A DNA stretch of 59,977 nucleotides, filler included, from Basidiobolus meristosporus CBS 931.73 (Eukaryota > Fungi > Basidiobolomycota), in the NCBI GenBank assembly GCA_002104905.1. It is 3 parts of 3 records of this genome, joined end to end, with 100 filler letters (N's around TTAATTAATTAA, not from the genome) between each part and the next. Parts side by side here need not be neighbours in the genome. Positions count along the whole stretch, not along the records: positions 27,893 to 42,670 come from MCFE01001169.1; positions 42,771 to 59,977 come from MCFE01001098.1; 1 more part is not named here. The stretch is one strand, 5' to 3'. The notes beneath the pieces were generated by a model, which made no database searches, was not told the DNA's origin, and saw only the letters and a program-made list of their open reading frames with translations. Position numbers and translations under genes: made by a program. Below, piece by piece: positions 35,522 to 49,110 of the stretch; the first letter of the stretch is position 1, and every line of letters begins with the position of its first letter.

Positions 35522-37292
35522 CATTAGAGATACCCAAGCCATCAGCAAGATATCTAGCTTCTCTGGGCACAATGGACAGTATTGCTGTCAAATGTGTGAG
35601 AACCAGGGAACCTACTCCATAACTCACTCACATTACTAATACCTAAACACCTACTCAAAGAATATCATCTTTCCACAGAGATAATATACAGAGTTAGCAT
35701 GTGATTGCAGCAAGGTTGGCAAGCTCTAGGTCATTGACCAAAATATGGAACTAATGGGAAATAAGAGATACTTAAGATAGAGGGTATCTTTTAGAGCAAA
35801 AGCATTCCACTGGGAGCAATGCATTTCCTTCCAACAATATCCCTATGCTGATGACCAAGTTGTACATGGGGCATTTCAAGCTAAATGAGCCCTTGAAGAT
35901 ACTGGAGGAATTTGAAAGAATTAGCAAGATATTGCAGAGTATCTGCACCCTAAGTACTTCTCACAGGCTCCACTTAATATTCATACACATATGCAACAAT
36001 ACAAATGCAAAGACTGGATGCACTGGATATGTATTTATTAAAGTGGCATTCTGATGCCATTCCTACCTAGAGTACATTGGAAGCATTTGGAGTCATATGT
36101 GGACATTGTAGGAATATTTATCTAGAAGCACATCACCAATGCCAACTTGATGCATCTACAGCTTTTGTGTAAAGAGTTTGTCACTGGATTTGAGTGCATA
36201 TACTATAAACATATAGCTGAACATGTAGATATCTGTTGCTACTGTATCCATTTACTACTCTATCTTACTTGGTGTGTTGAGAATATTGAGCATTGCTTCA
36301 CCTTTTGGGAGCTTCCTATGGAGTGGATGTGTGAAGAGATAGGAAAACAAGTCAAGTTGCAGGTACTACCATATCCCAATCTCATCATGAATATTACCTT
36401 CAAGTCCATCATGGATGTAATGAGTTGGTACATGGAGGACAGCCAGGAAGAGTTGGAAAATACTTAGGACAAATGTGCATATAGAGACACTTATGCCTAT
36501 GGATCTAAGAAGCTAAGGGCCCCAATGAGTGGGCAATTAGTTAAGCAATGCAAAGTTGGGTTAGGTGCAGCAAGCAACTAATCTTTATTAGGAAAGCTCT
36601 ACAAGGTATGCCAGATTTATCTTGGTCACATGCCAGTTTCTACACCATTCAATATAGAGTTCACACAAAGAAGAGCCAGAGCAAACCTATAAGGGGGACT
36701 AGAATCCAGCACAGAGAAGGAATATATTAGCAAAATACCAAAATTTTCTTGGCAGATATTCAGGAGGCATTCATGGTGGAAGTTGCAGCAACCAAGCATA
36801 TGTTTGCAAGATGTATATATTACCAGCAGTACAAGGTATATGGCAATTTTGCAAGTATCACACTAAAAAGCTGTAAAGGTGAGGTGATAGAAGTATGTCA
36901 ATTGCAGCAGGTGTGTATTTGTAAAGGTTAGTAAGCAGGAGGCCATACTATTTTTTGATTTGAGCTATATGTTGAATAATTAAGGTAGCAATGGGTGAGC
37001 AAATAAAGAGTGGTGATTCTAGAGTGGAATATATGATTTGTGCAAGGGGAGGTAGAAAAAGGAAATACCATTTGGTAAATTGGTACAGTGGCATTATACA
37101 GAACTAGCTATTGGTCACTATACTGCTGTAATAATGCCATCAGAGGCTTGCAAAAAGACCATCAAAATACTGCCAAGTTCTTTGGTATATACAAGGTATA
37201 TGGCAACTTCTCAAGTATCACACTAGAAAGCCATAAAGTTGAGGTAATAGAAGTATGTCAATTGGGGCAGGTGTGCAGATTTGTAGAAGTTA
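35522..37292 (+). pseudogene. Decayed Tnp2/EnSpm-like transposase, target of the Ty3-C insertion
   Basis: AISKI.SFSGHNGQYCC, KLYMGHFK, FVTGFECIYY, HLLLYL and FWELPMEWMC. The segment 36825-36920 is internally duplicated at 37190-37285. Confidence 0.75.
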
Positions 37293-38732
37293 CCCTATGA
37301 AAAATTATTGCAATGATCCCATCAAAAGGCCATCACAAAGTTAAAGTCCCATGACTAAGAGGTACAGTTCCTGTCAGAACACTGTCCAAAGACTGTTGAA
37401 AAATAATTACACCCCAGATTTCACAAAAAACTTAGTCAAAATTTTCATAACAACAATGTATAAATGGCTTTTGATTGGTTCCCTGCCAATTCACTCACTT
37501 TCTGATCCCAGGCACCTTATTGCCTCCTACATTTGGGTGCATTGATTGGCTATTGCCTCTCTTTCACACTCCTTACTTCCTGACTCAACCATTTTGCTTA
37601 CTTTTCATGCATACAAATTGATTTATTTCCATTGAAACTTCAGTTGTACCTCAATTGCTGATTGTATTGACCTATACAAGTCCCTATACCTTACACCAAC
37701 ATTAAGCCCAACCCCACACAACAAGTAACTCCATTAAAAATCCACCACTTGATAAGTACCTTTGCTTTAACTCTCTGGTTGCACAAATTTGGCAGGATCC
37801 CAACAGCTCTATGCCACTGCTTATTCACTGGTTGCCACATGTCCTGGTCTTCAGCTGGCACTGCAAGGTCTAGCTCCTCATCTGGCAGTCTTTGCAATAA
37901 ATCCTTGCAATATTCCATTGCATTTTCTTGAGCACTGCTCTTGAGGAAGTACTGCAACCTCTAGGTGTGCCTATTAATGTTCCAAAACTCCACTGAAGGC
38001 ATTGTGATAGTTTTTTTAGCTCTTGATGTAGTAGCCTTGTCTGTCAGTGGGATCTCCACTTTGTCAACAATGAGGTATGTGTAGGCTGTGGTAGACAGAT
38101 TGCCTTTTTCAGCAAACTACCTTTGAGTCCATCATGGATGTAATGAGTTGGCACATGGAGGACAGGCAGAAAGAGTTGGAAAATGCTGAGAACAAATGTG
38201 CACCTGGAGTCACCTATGCCTATGGCATTAAGAAGCTAAGCAACCCCAATGCGTGGGTAATCAGTTAAGTAAAGCAAGGTTGGGTTAGGTGCAACAAGCA
38301 ACTAATTTTTATCAGGAAAGCTCTACCAAGATATGCTAAACTTCTCATGGTCACAAGCCAACTTCTACACCATTCAATACGGAATTCATACAAACAAAAG
38401 CCAGAATGCACCTATAAGGGGGACCAGAATCCAGCAGGGAGAAGTAATATCTTGGCTAAATACCAAGAGGTTCTTTGCGGATATTCAGGAGATATTCTTT
38501 GCAAAGCGGCAACAATCAAGCGTATATTTGCAAGATGTATATGTTACCAGCAGTACAAGGTATATGGCAACTTGGCAGGTATTACACTAAAAGTTGTAAA
38601 GTTGAGGTGATAGAAGTATGTCCATTGTGGCTGGTGTGTGTGTTTGTAGAGGTTAGTAAGCAGGAGGCCATAGTTTTTTTGATTAAAACTCTATGTGGAG
38701 TACCCAAGGTAGTAGTAGGTAAGCAAATAAAG
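37293..38732 (+). mobile_element. Internally deleted CMC/EnSpm-like element starting with a CCCTATGAAAAATT terminus
   Basis: Terminus and subterminal block, then the minus-strand accessory ORF remnant (37690-38110), joined to a plus-strand Tnp2 C-terminal remnant. Confidence 0.6.
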
Positions 38733-41700
38733 TGTTGTAAGAGTCTTGGAGATATTGGAAGTGATTTGGAGAACAAGTAGATTATGTGGTTCTCACTTAA
38801 TGATTTATTGAATGTAAAAGTAGTATTTATACTTTTACCTGGTCTTGGCATTACAAACACATAGAATAGGTTAAGGAAGGTCCCAAGAACATGTGTGCAA
38901 AGTTTGGGGCTGTTTGGACAACTTTGAGAATTTTCATGTTCTGGGTACCTGGTATTTTGGTGAAAATATTCTAAGTAAATCCCAATAAGAATTTGGTCAG
39001 TATTCTCTAGGATTTGAGGGTAATGATCTAAGTGACTAAGTTAGGTGAACATATAGGTGGAAATACAAATTTTACAACACTCCCACTCAGCTAAATGTTC
39101 ATACTGACTAGTCCTAATTTTGACCTAAGATATTCAAACTTGTCTCTAGCTAATGGTTTGGTAAATATGTCTGCAATCATTTCATCTGTAGGACAGTAAA
39201 CTAAGCTAACTAAGCTATTCTCTATAGCTTCATGTATGAAATGATGTCTAATATCTATGTGCTTGGTTCTAGCATGAAAAGTTGGATTTCTACCTAATTG
39301 TATACATCCTTGATTATCTAGAAATAAAGTAATAGGCGTTTTTTGACATAGGCCTAAATCTTTAAAGAGCTTTCTTAACCACATTGCTTCTTTTGTAGCC
39401 TCACAGGCTGCCATATACTCTGCCTCTGTGGTAGAAAGTGCTACGGTTGGTTGCTTTCTTGAATTCCATGAAATTGCTCCTTTACAGTAAAGAAAGGTGT
39501 AATCCTGTGGTGGATCTTCTGTCTTCTAAATTTTGTCCCCAATCTGCATCAGAGTATCCCACAAGATCTTGTTCTGAGTCCTTATAAGTGTATCTTAAGC
39601 AAATATCCGCAGTTCCTTTTAGGTATCTAAAAATCCGCTTAACTGCTGCAATATGATCAGATCCATAATTCTGATTATGTTGGCTGACAACTCCCACTGA
39701 ATATGAGATATTGGACGTGTTCCAAGCATGATATACATCAGACTGCCGACCATAGATTGATAAGGAAAGTCAGGGCTTTCAGATGGCACCAAGCTCTCTT
39801 GATTTGGTTGAGTTTTGACCAAGTTAAGGTTTGTCTCTATTGGGGTAGCTGCCGGTTTACAGTCTTCTATTTTGTACTTCTTTAGTATATCTTGAATATA
39901 CTTGGATTGGCTTAGGGTAATAGTCTGGGTACTTCTGTCTATGGAGAACTTAATCCCTAAGTAGTAACTAAGTTCTCCTAGATTGGACATCTTGAACTCC
40001 TTAGATAGGCTGGATTTAATCTCTTCCAATGTTTCTAGGTTATTGGCGGCTATAATAAGATCATCCACATATAGAGCTAATAGAACTGGATTTGCTCTAT
40101 CTGGCTTATAGTATATACTATAGTCAGCATTACTCTTTTGAAACTCAAAGATTCCAAATAAGAATCTATCTTGCAATTCCAGGCTCTTGGTGATTGTTTG
40201 AGACCATATAGTGACTTTTTAAGCTTGCAGACCAAATGGTGGTTATCTTGGTCAACAAACCCATCAGGCTGGTCCATATACACGTCCTCATCAAGTTCTC
40301 CATTCAAAAATGCAGTTTTTACATCCATTTGATGAATAAAAAACTTATATTTGGCTGCAATAGCCAATATTAATCTGATGGAATTAAACTTGGCTACCGG
40401 AGCAAAGGTCTCAGTATAGTCAAGTCCTTTTGTTTGAGAGTATCCTTTGGCTACAAGTCTTGCTTTGTATCTTTCAATTGTACCATCAGCCTTGTATTTT
40501 GTCTTGAAGACCCATCTGCATCCAATTGATTTTTGGTTGATTGGTAATTTGACTAAGTCCCAAGTTTGATTTTCCATCAGGGCCTGATATTCCTCAGTCA
40601 TTGCAGATCTCCAAAACTTTGTCTGAGGGCTATTTAGGGCCTCTTTTACAGTCTGGGGCTCATCAATATGGACTGAATAGGCATAGGCTAAGTTTGTACC
40701 CTCATTGATATAGTAATTTGGGCTATTTCTTGTCCGATTGGATCTCCAGGCATTTGATACTGGAATGATCACTTCTGGGATACTCCTGGGCACTGATTCT
40801 GGCTGAACCATGGTTGTAGAGTCCTCTGGAGTGAAAAAATTTCATTGTTTTGCTCTGATTCAATCCTGACAATTGGTGGACTTGAGATCAAATTTTTGTC
40901 ATCATCTGATGTCATTTTTTGTGAAAATTTTGAATTTTCATCAAACAACACATCCCTGGACTTGATCAGCTTCTTTGCTTTGGTATTGTAGAGTCTGTAT
41001 GCCTTACTCTCATTGCAGTAGCCCAAAAATATGCATTTTACACTTTTTGGCTCAAATTTTGACTGATTTCTGGCCAGTTTTTTGGCATATGCTGTACACC
41101 CAAATATTCTTAGATGTTCTGCACTTGGTCTGTATCCATACCATGCTTCAAATGGAGTAGAATCACAAAGTATTCTGTTATAACTCCTATTTTTAAGGTA
41201 TACAGCAGTGGCAACTGATTCCGCCCAAAAATCATAGGATAATTTTTGATCATGGATCATAGATCTTGCCATATCAATTATTGATCTGTTAGCTTGTTCT
41301 GCTACTCCATTTTGCTGTGGGGAGTATGGTACAGTAGTCTCTTGCTTTATCCCATGAATTTTGCAGAAGTGGATGAAGAGTTTTGAGGTATATTCTCCAC
41401 CATTGTCAGAGCGTATTTTCTTGATTTTTTCACCAGTTTCTCTCTCCACCATGGCTTTAAACTCCCTGAACTTAGACAGAGCTTCTTCCTTTCTCTCCAT
41501 GAAGTAGACCCATGTGTATCTTGTATAATCATCAATAAAAGTGATTAAATACTTCATCCCGCCTAAGGATAAATTTTGCATAGGTCCACACAGATCTGAG
41601 TGAATTAGATCTAATTTTTTCTTAGTTTTGATTAACCCAGAGCTCTTGAACGGTTGTCTGGCTTGTTTCCCATATATGCAGGCTTCACAGTGCTCCAAAT

Positions 41701-42670
41701 TAGCTGGGGGATCAATTTTCACTCCAGAAATTAGCTGATCTTTGATCATTTTGCGCAAATAATCAAAATTGATGTGTCCAAATCTCCTGTGCCAAAGCAT
41801 TGGTGTTTCTTCATTTAAGTTACTTATATTGGCTTCCAAATATGATGGAATATAAGTCAACTTGTATAGATTCTGATCTCTGATGCCCAAAGCAATATGG
41901 GCACCATTTTGATCAGTGATCCTGCATCCAGAATTGTCAAAACTGAAACTGAGTCCTTCTGCTGTGGCCTTGCTTACAGAGAGTAGGTTCTTGGCTATTT
42001 CTGGTACATAGAGTACTTCTTTAAAGGTCAGTGTATGGCTTCCTTCACTGCTTCTAAGGTTTACTTGGATAGTTCCTTCTCCCACTGCATCAAGTGTTCT
42101 ATTGTCACCCATGAAAACCTTCTTAATTGGAATTTCTTGATATTGGGTAAAAAGTTCTTTTTGGTGTGTAAAGTGTTGAGAAGCTCCAGAGTCAATATAC
42201 CACGTCTGAGAATCCTTGTTTGTGGTCATATTTAGTGCAGATATGAATAGTCTATCTTCAGTTGTTGCAGCATTTCCATATTCAGGCTTCTTTTGCTGAT
42301 AATCTCTCTTTTTGAGACACCGGTCTGATGTGTGTCCTTTCCTTTTGCAGTAGTTGCAAAATAGGTTGCTGTTGCCTTTGTAGGGTCTTGGGTACCTCCT
42401 TTGTTGGTTATCATTGCTTATTAAAGCATTTTCTTCTTCCTTCTTATTGGCGCTTGATTTTCTTAATTCTTCATCCAGGAGCCTTCCATATACGTAATTT
42501 AAGGTCAAATCTTCAGTTCTGGACTCTAGGGCTGATACAAGGCCCTGAAACTTGTCTGTCAGGCTATTCAGGATGGTAACTATCACATCCTCATCAGTAG
42601 TTGGTACGCCCACAGATTCCATCTCATCTACCAGCAGGGTAATTCTGTTAATTAGATTTTTCATTTCTTC
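38733..42670 (-). mobile_element. Ty1/copia family C1, copy a (3' LTR 38733-39079; 5' end lost in the gap)
   Basis: 347-bp LTR TGTTGTAA...TTACAACA with PPT TGAGTGGGAG. Order is gag-PR-IN-RT-RH. Confidence 0.93.
39091..42670 (-). pseudogene. Copia C1a gag-pol with three frameshifts
   Basis: [80 protein letters not shown] and HIDIRHHFI. Confidence 0.93.
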
Positions 42671-42770
42671 NNNNNNNNNNNNNNNNNNNNNNNNNNNNNN
42701 NNNNNNNNNNNNNNTTAATTAATTAANNNNNNNNNNNNNNNNNNNNNNNNNNNNNNNNNNNNNNNNNNNN
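42671..42770. other. Assembly spacer (N-run with TTAATTAATTAA)
   Basis: Exactly 100 nt with the 12-mer at 42715-42726. Confidence 0.97.
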
Positions 42771-43022
42771 CCAAATACAGAATTTTACCTTCCATTATAG
42801 TGGTATGTAATTGGGCAACTTATATAAACATTACAAGCTGGCACAATCATATGTGCCAACTTCATTGTGTCAGATTGTGCCATATTGTGCAAGATTGTCC
42901 CACATTGAGCATAATTATCTGTGAGCTATCCTGCCTACTGGTAGCTACAATATTGGGCCCAATTGTTGTTGACAACCATGGATGGTACTGCATGCCCTGG
43001 CATAGTATCATGAAACAAGTTG
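42771..43022. mobile_element. Terminal fragment of a third, older Pangu-type copy
   Basis: Matches 55570-55790 plus 56879-56905 (cagattgtgccata..., ending gaaacaagttg versus TIR ggaacaagtct). Confidence 0.8.
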
Positions 43023-44006
43023 ATTACCCAGGGGCAGTCCTGATACCAGCATGTGTTGACAGCCAGATGAGCAGTTATACTTCAAGCATAAAGCTAAATG
43101 TTGAGATCTCTGCTGCTACTGCATCCATTCTCTACTCCATCTTGCTTGGTGTGTGGAGAATATTAGGCCTTGCTTCACCTTTTGAGAGTCTCCTTTGGAG
43201 CAGATGTATGGGGAGATAGGAAGACAAGCCAGGTTACAGACTCTAATGTATTCCTATCCCATTGAGAATATAATCTCAAATCTGTCACAAATGTGATAAG
43301 TTAGCACATAGAGGACAGCCAGTAAGAGTTGAAAATACTGAGGCCAGATGTGCAAATAGAAATACTCATGCCTTTGTCATTGAGCAGCCAAGCAGTCCCA
43401 ATGCAAGGATAATCCATCATGTAATGCAGGGTTAGGTTAGACACAACCAGCAACTTATTTTTATTAGGACAACTTTACAACAGTAGTATAGTTTTCCTAT
43501 GTTTATAGACAATTTATACATCATACAGTACAGAGTTCAAACAAAAACATCCCACAGCACACCTATAAGGGGGACTAAAGCCAAGCATGGAAAAGGAATA
43601 TATTAGCCAAGTATCAAAAAGTTCTTTGCAGACATAGAAGAGGTATTGATGGCAAAAGTGATGGCAATCAATCAAATATTTGCAAGATGTATGTGTTAAC
43701 AGCAAAATAAGGTATATTGCTACTTTGAAACTATTGCACTCAAAAGCTGCAAAGTTGAGGTCATAGAAGTGTGTCATTTATGATGGGTGTGCATATATGC
43801 ATAGGTTAGTAAGCCAGAGTCTGTAGTTTCTTTTGATTCAAACTATGTGTGGGATACCCACAATAGTTGTGGGTAAGCAAATAACAAGGGGTGCCTCCAT
43901 GGTGTAATATTTGAGTGGTGTGAGGGGCAGTAGAAAAAGGTAATACTATTAGATAAATTGGTACAGTAGCATTATACAGAACTACCTGTAGGTTGCAATA
44001 CTGAAA
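43023..44006 (+). pseudogene. Decayed Tnp2/EnSpm-like fragment
   Basis: Collinear with 36200-37110 and with the reverse complement of 49740-50650. Confidence 0.65.
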
Positions 44007-47000
44007 TGTTGAACTAATCTGCATCTTGCAGTAGCAAAAGCTTACTAAGCAACTATGGACTAGTCTTAGTCATGCTGTAAGAGTCTTGAAGATATTTTAA
44101 GTGATTTGGGAGGACAAGTAAGCCATGTGGCTTTCACTTAATGTTTTATTGAATGTAAAAGTAGTAGTTATGCTGATAGATGGACTTGGCATTACAAACA
44201 CATACAATAGATTAAGAAGGTCTCAAGAACATATGCTCAAAGTTTGGGGCTGTTTGGAAAACTTTAAGAACTTTCATGCTCTGTGTACCTGGTATATTGG
44301 TGAAAATATTCTAAGTAAATCCCAACAAGGAATTTGGTCAGTATTCCCTAGAATTTGAGGGTAATGATCTAAGCAACTAATTTAGGTGAATATTTAGGTG
44401 GAATCACATATTTTTGCAACACTTCCACTCAGCTAAATGCTCATACTGACTAGTCCTAATTGTGACCTAAGATATTCAAACTTGTCTCTAGCTAATGGTG
44501 TGGTAAATGTGTCTGCAGTCATTTTGTCAGAAGGACAGTAAACTAAGCTGACTAGGTTATTTTCTATAGCTTCATATATGAAGCAATGTCTAATATTGAT
44601 ATGCTTGGTTTGAGCATGAAAAGTTGGATTTCTATCTGATTGTATACATCCATGATTATCTTGGATTAAAGTATTAGGCATTTTTTGACATTGGCTTACA
44701 TCTGCAAAAAGCTTTCTTAACCACATTGCTTCTTTTATAGCTTCACAGGCTGCCATATACTCTGCCTCTGTGGTAGAAAGTGCTATGATTGGCTGCTTTC
44801 TTGAATTCTAAGAAATTGCTCCTTTACAGTAAAGAATGATGTAACCTGTGGTGCATATTCTGTCTTGCAAATTTTGTCCCCAATCAGGGTACTTCTGTCT
44901 ATGGAGAACTTAATCCATAGGTTGTAACTGAGTTCTCCTAGATTGGACATTTTGAACTCCTTAGATAGGCTGGATTTAGTCTCTTCTAATGCTGCTAGGT
45001 TATTGTTGGCTATAATAAGATCATCCACATATAGAGCTAATAGAGCTGGATTTGCTCTATCTGGCTTATAGTATATACTATAGACAGCATTACTCCTTTT
45101 GAAACTCAAAGATTTCAAATAAGACTTGATCTTGCAAATCCAGGCTCTCAGTAATTGTTTGAGACCATAGAGATTTTTTAAGCTTGCAGACCAAATGGTG
45201 GTGATCTTGGTCAGCAAACCAATCAGGCTGGTCCATTTACACATCCTGTCAAGTACTCTATTCAAAAATGCAGTTTTTACATCCATATGATGACAAGAAC
45301 TTATATTTGGCTGCAATAGCTAGTATCAATCTGATAGGATTAAACTTGGCTACTGGCGCAAAGGTCTCTGTATTGTCAAGTTCTTGTATTAGAGAGTATC
45401 CTTTGGCCACAAGTCTTGCTTTGTATCTTTCAATTGTTCCATCAGCTTTATACTTTGTCTTAAAGACCCATCTGCATTGAACTGATTTTTAGTTGATTGG
45501 TAACATGATTAAGTCCCAAGTTTGATTTTTCATCAGAGCCTATATTCCCCAGTCATTGCAGATCTCCAAAATTTTGTTTGTGGGCTGTTTAGGGCCTCTT
45601 TTACAGACTGGGGCTCATCAATATGGAATGAATAGGCATAGGCTAAGTTTGTATCCTCATTGATAAAGTAATCTGGGCTATTTCTTGTTTGGTTAAATCC
45701 CCAAGTATTTGATACTTGAATAGTCACTTCTGGGATACTCCTGGGCACTGACTCAGGCTGAGCCATGGCTGTAGAGCCCTATGGAGTGAAAGAATCTACA
45801 TTATTTTGCTCTGATTGAATTCTGACAATTGGTGGACTTGAGATCAGATTCATGTCATCATCTGATGTCATTTTTGTAAAGATTTTGAATTTTCATCAAA
45901 CAACACATCCCAGACTAAATTAGCTACTTTGCTTTGGCATTGTAGAGTTTGTACATCTTACTCTCATTGCAGTAGCCCAGATATATGCACCCAGAGCTCT
46001 TGAACAATTTTCTGCTTATTGTCTATATACGCAGACTTCACAGTGCTCCAAATTAGCTGGGGGATCAATTTTCACTCCAGAAATTAGCTGATCTTTGATC
46101 ATTTTACGCAAATAATCAAAATTGATGTGCACAAATCTCCTATACCAAAGCATTAGTGTTTCTTCATCTGAGTTATCTATACTAGTTTCCAGATATGATG
46201 GAATATAAGTTAACTTGCATAGATTCTGATCTCTAATACCCAAGGCAATATGGGCACCATTATTATTAATAATCCTGCTTCCAAAATCGTCAAAGCTGAA
46301 ACTGAGTCCTTATGCTGTGGCCTTGCTTACAGATAGTAGGTTCTTGGCTATATCTGGTACATAGAGTACTTCTCTAAAGATCAGTGCATGGCCTCCTTCA
46401 CTGCTTCTAAGGTTTACTTCAATAGTTCCTTCTCCCACTGCATTGAGTGTTCTATTGTCACCCATGAGAACTTCTTATATATATATATAATGCAGATATG
46501 GATAGTCTATCATCACTTGTTGCAGCATTTCCATATTCAGGCTTCTTTTGCTGAGTATCTCTCTTTTTGAGACACCAGTCTGGTGTGTGTACTTTCCTTT
46601 TACAGTAGTTCCAGAACAGGTTGCTGTTGCCTTTATAAGGTCTTGAGTACCTCCTTTGTTGGCTATCTTTGCTTATTTGGGCATTTTTCTTGGCTTTCTT
46701 ATTGGCTCTTGATTTTCTTTATTTTTCTTCCAGGAGCCTTCCATATATGTAATTTAAGGTCAAATCTTCAGTTCTGGACTCTAGGGCTAGTACAAGGCCC
46801 TGAAGATTATCTGTCAGGCTATTCAGGATTGTTACTATCACATCCTCATCAGTAGCTGGTATCACCACAGATTCCATCTCATCCACCAACAGGGTAATTC
46901 TGGTAATTAGGTTCGTCATTTCTTCTCCTGGCAGCATCATTTTAGTATAGAGCTTCTGTCTAAGATATATTTCCTTAGCAGCTGAACATGACCAATATGT

Positions 47001-49110
47001 GTCTTCTATTGTCTTCCAGGCATTCTTTGCCATTTTTGCTTGTGAGCATTGAATTAGCAATTTGTCTTTAACATTAAGGCAAATGCAGTTAAAGGTATTT
47101 TGTTCTTTCTTCAAGTACTTCAAGGCATCCTCTCCCATATATAAAAGGGCAATATTCTCCCATGACAAAATCCCAAAGGCCTCTTTCTTGTAGCAGTATC
47201 TTCAGCTTCACCTTCCGCACTTGGTAGTTAGATCCATCCAACCTTTGAGCAGAGGGAAATATTCCAGTAATAGTAGTAGTAGACATTGTAGAGAGAGACA
47301 GCTTGTGGCTCATTACCTAATGTAGGAGTCTTGGAGATATTGGGAGTGATTTGGAAGGATAAGTAGATTATGTGGCTTTCACTCAATGATTTATCAAATG
47401 TTAGATTAGTATTTATACTTTTATAAAGTCTTGGCATCAAGAACACATAGAGTAGGTAAAAAATGGTCCCAAGAACACGTGTGCAAAGTTTGGGGCTGTT
47501 TGGACATCTTTGAAAATTTTCATGTTCTTGGTACCAGATATTTTGAAGAAAGTACTTCAAGCAAATTCCAACAATGAATTTGGTCAGTATTCCCTAGGAT
47601 TTGAAGGTAATGATCTAAATGACTGAGTTATGTGAATATTTTGGTGGAATCACAAATTTTTACAACAAGTGACAGTAGTAATCATTTGCAGCCCTAACTC
47701 TGCCACTATTTTGCTAATCTATGAGCCAGTGATTGTTCCCCTATAGTAAAGATCCATTTAGCACTGTTACCAAGCACTATGTATTAGCCCTAAAACTGTC
47801 TCAGAATGCTTCTGATTTTTAAGAGTCTCTCATTACTTAGTGTTATAGCTGTATTACTTCAACAAAGGTTCAAATACTGAGCTACTGTGTGCAGAAGCCA
47901 CAGGTCAGGTATTATCACTAATTTTTGATAGGTTCCTGATATTGCAACAGTTCTCAGATTGCAACATGATTTGAGCACCAATTGCCTTGATATACTCCAA
48001 TGATGACTTCTACAAGCAAGCAGAACAACACACTCATCTTCCCTGTAAAGGAGAGGTTTTAAGGGAAGAACTACAGATTATGGAAAATCAAGATGCCAAT
48101 GCACCTTGAGGAAAGAAAGCTTTGCGATATAGTTACAAGAAAAGAGGTTGAGCCTCAAGGAACAATAGTAGAAGTTGAGGGGCTTTGAGAGAAGGAAAGT
48201 GAAGTCCCTGAAGCCATATTTTTTGATGTGCAAGATTTCTTCACTGGAGAAATCATGGTTCCAATAATGCCAATGCACATGGGGTTCCTTGTAGAAGATC
48301 TTTAGAGCAACATCAGTATCAAGCAAGTTATATTTAAAAAGAAAGTTCTTCAATATGAAGAAGAAGCCAGAGGATGATATGCCACAGCTTATTACAAGAA
48401 CAGAGACACTTGGAGGAAAACTTTATACTATCAATCATAGTGTGGATGAAGAAGCAAATATTCTGTGCCTATGTTGCAGCTTTTCAGATGGGTCAGAGCC
48501 ACTCATACTATTCTTTAAAAGCAGAGAAGAAGATCTGATCTTGGACTATGTCAAGGTAAAATTTCTTCTTTTTAAGAACTCAGACTCACTGACCAAGCAG
48601 AGAAAACTGAAGATAACCCTTTATTCAGCTCAGAAAGGCATACAGAGAAGAAGGGAAAACAACCCAATCACAGAAAGTCTGGTTGCAATGACTGCTGTAA
48701 TAAGACAAGACACTGAGCAACAGAATGTAAGAAGAAACAAGCAGGCAAAAAGTATAAGCTGGAACAAGCAAGTTAGACAATTACTCAAGAACAGTTATTT
48801 GTAGCAGTGTAAGAGAGTGCAAGTAACCATAGTAATCAATGATTTATTGACCATGGAGCACTGCAGTGTATTTAAGGCATAAAGGAGTGGCTGAACAACT
48901 TATAGACCACTCCTGTAAGAGAGGTTTATCTGGACAACAACTCTGTACTAGAAACAACAACTAGTGGGTCTACATTGCTAACTCTGAGTGGCAACTCAGG
49001 GGCAAAGACAGCAAAACTGACTGACATACTATGTGCGGCTGGAATAGCTAATACCTTACTCTCTGCAACTAAAGCAGCTACTCAGCAACTGAAATTCATA
49101 CAAAAAATGT
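44007..49110 (+). mobile_element. Copia family C2, copy b (LTR split at 44072/47673 by copia C1b; decayed gag ~47990-49110)
   Basis: The LTR halves rejoin to match 22845-23212. The gag start is homologous to 23233 onward. Confidence 0.7.
44073..47667 (-). mobile_element. Copia C1, copy b: two LTRs, internally deleted, non-autonomous
   Basis: LTRs at 44073-44421 and ~47318-47667. Near-TSD AGTCA/AGTGA and PBS GGTAATGAGCC. Relative to C1a it lacks ~385 bp of RT (junction ~44886) and ~600 bp of integrase (junction ~45990). Confidence 0.88.
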
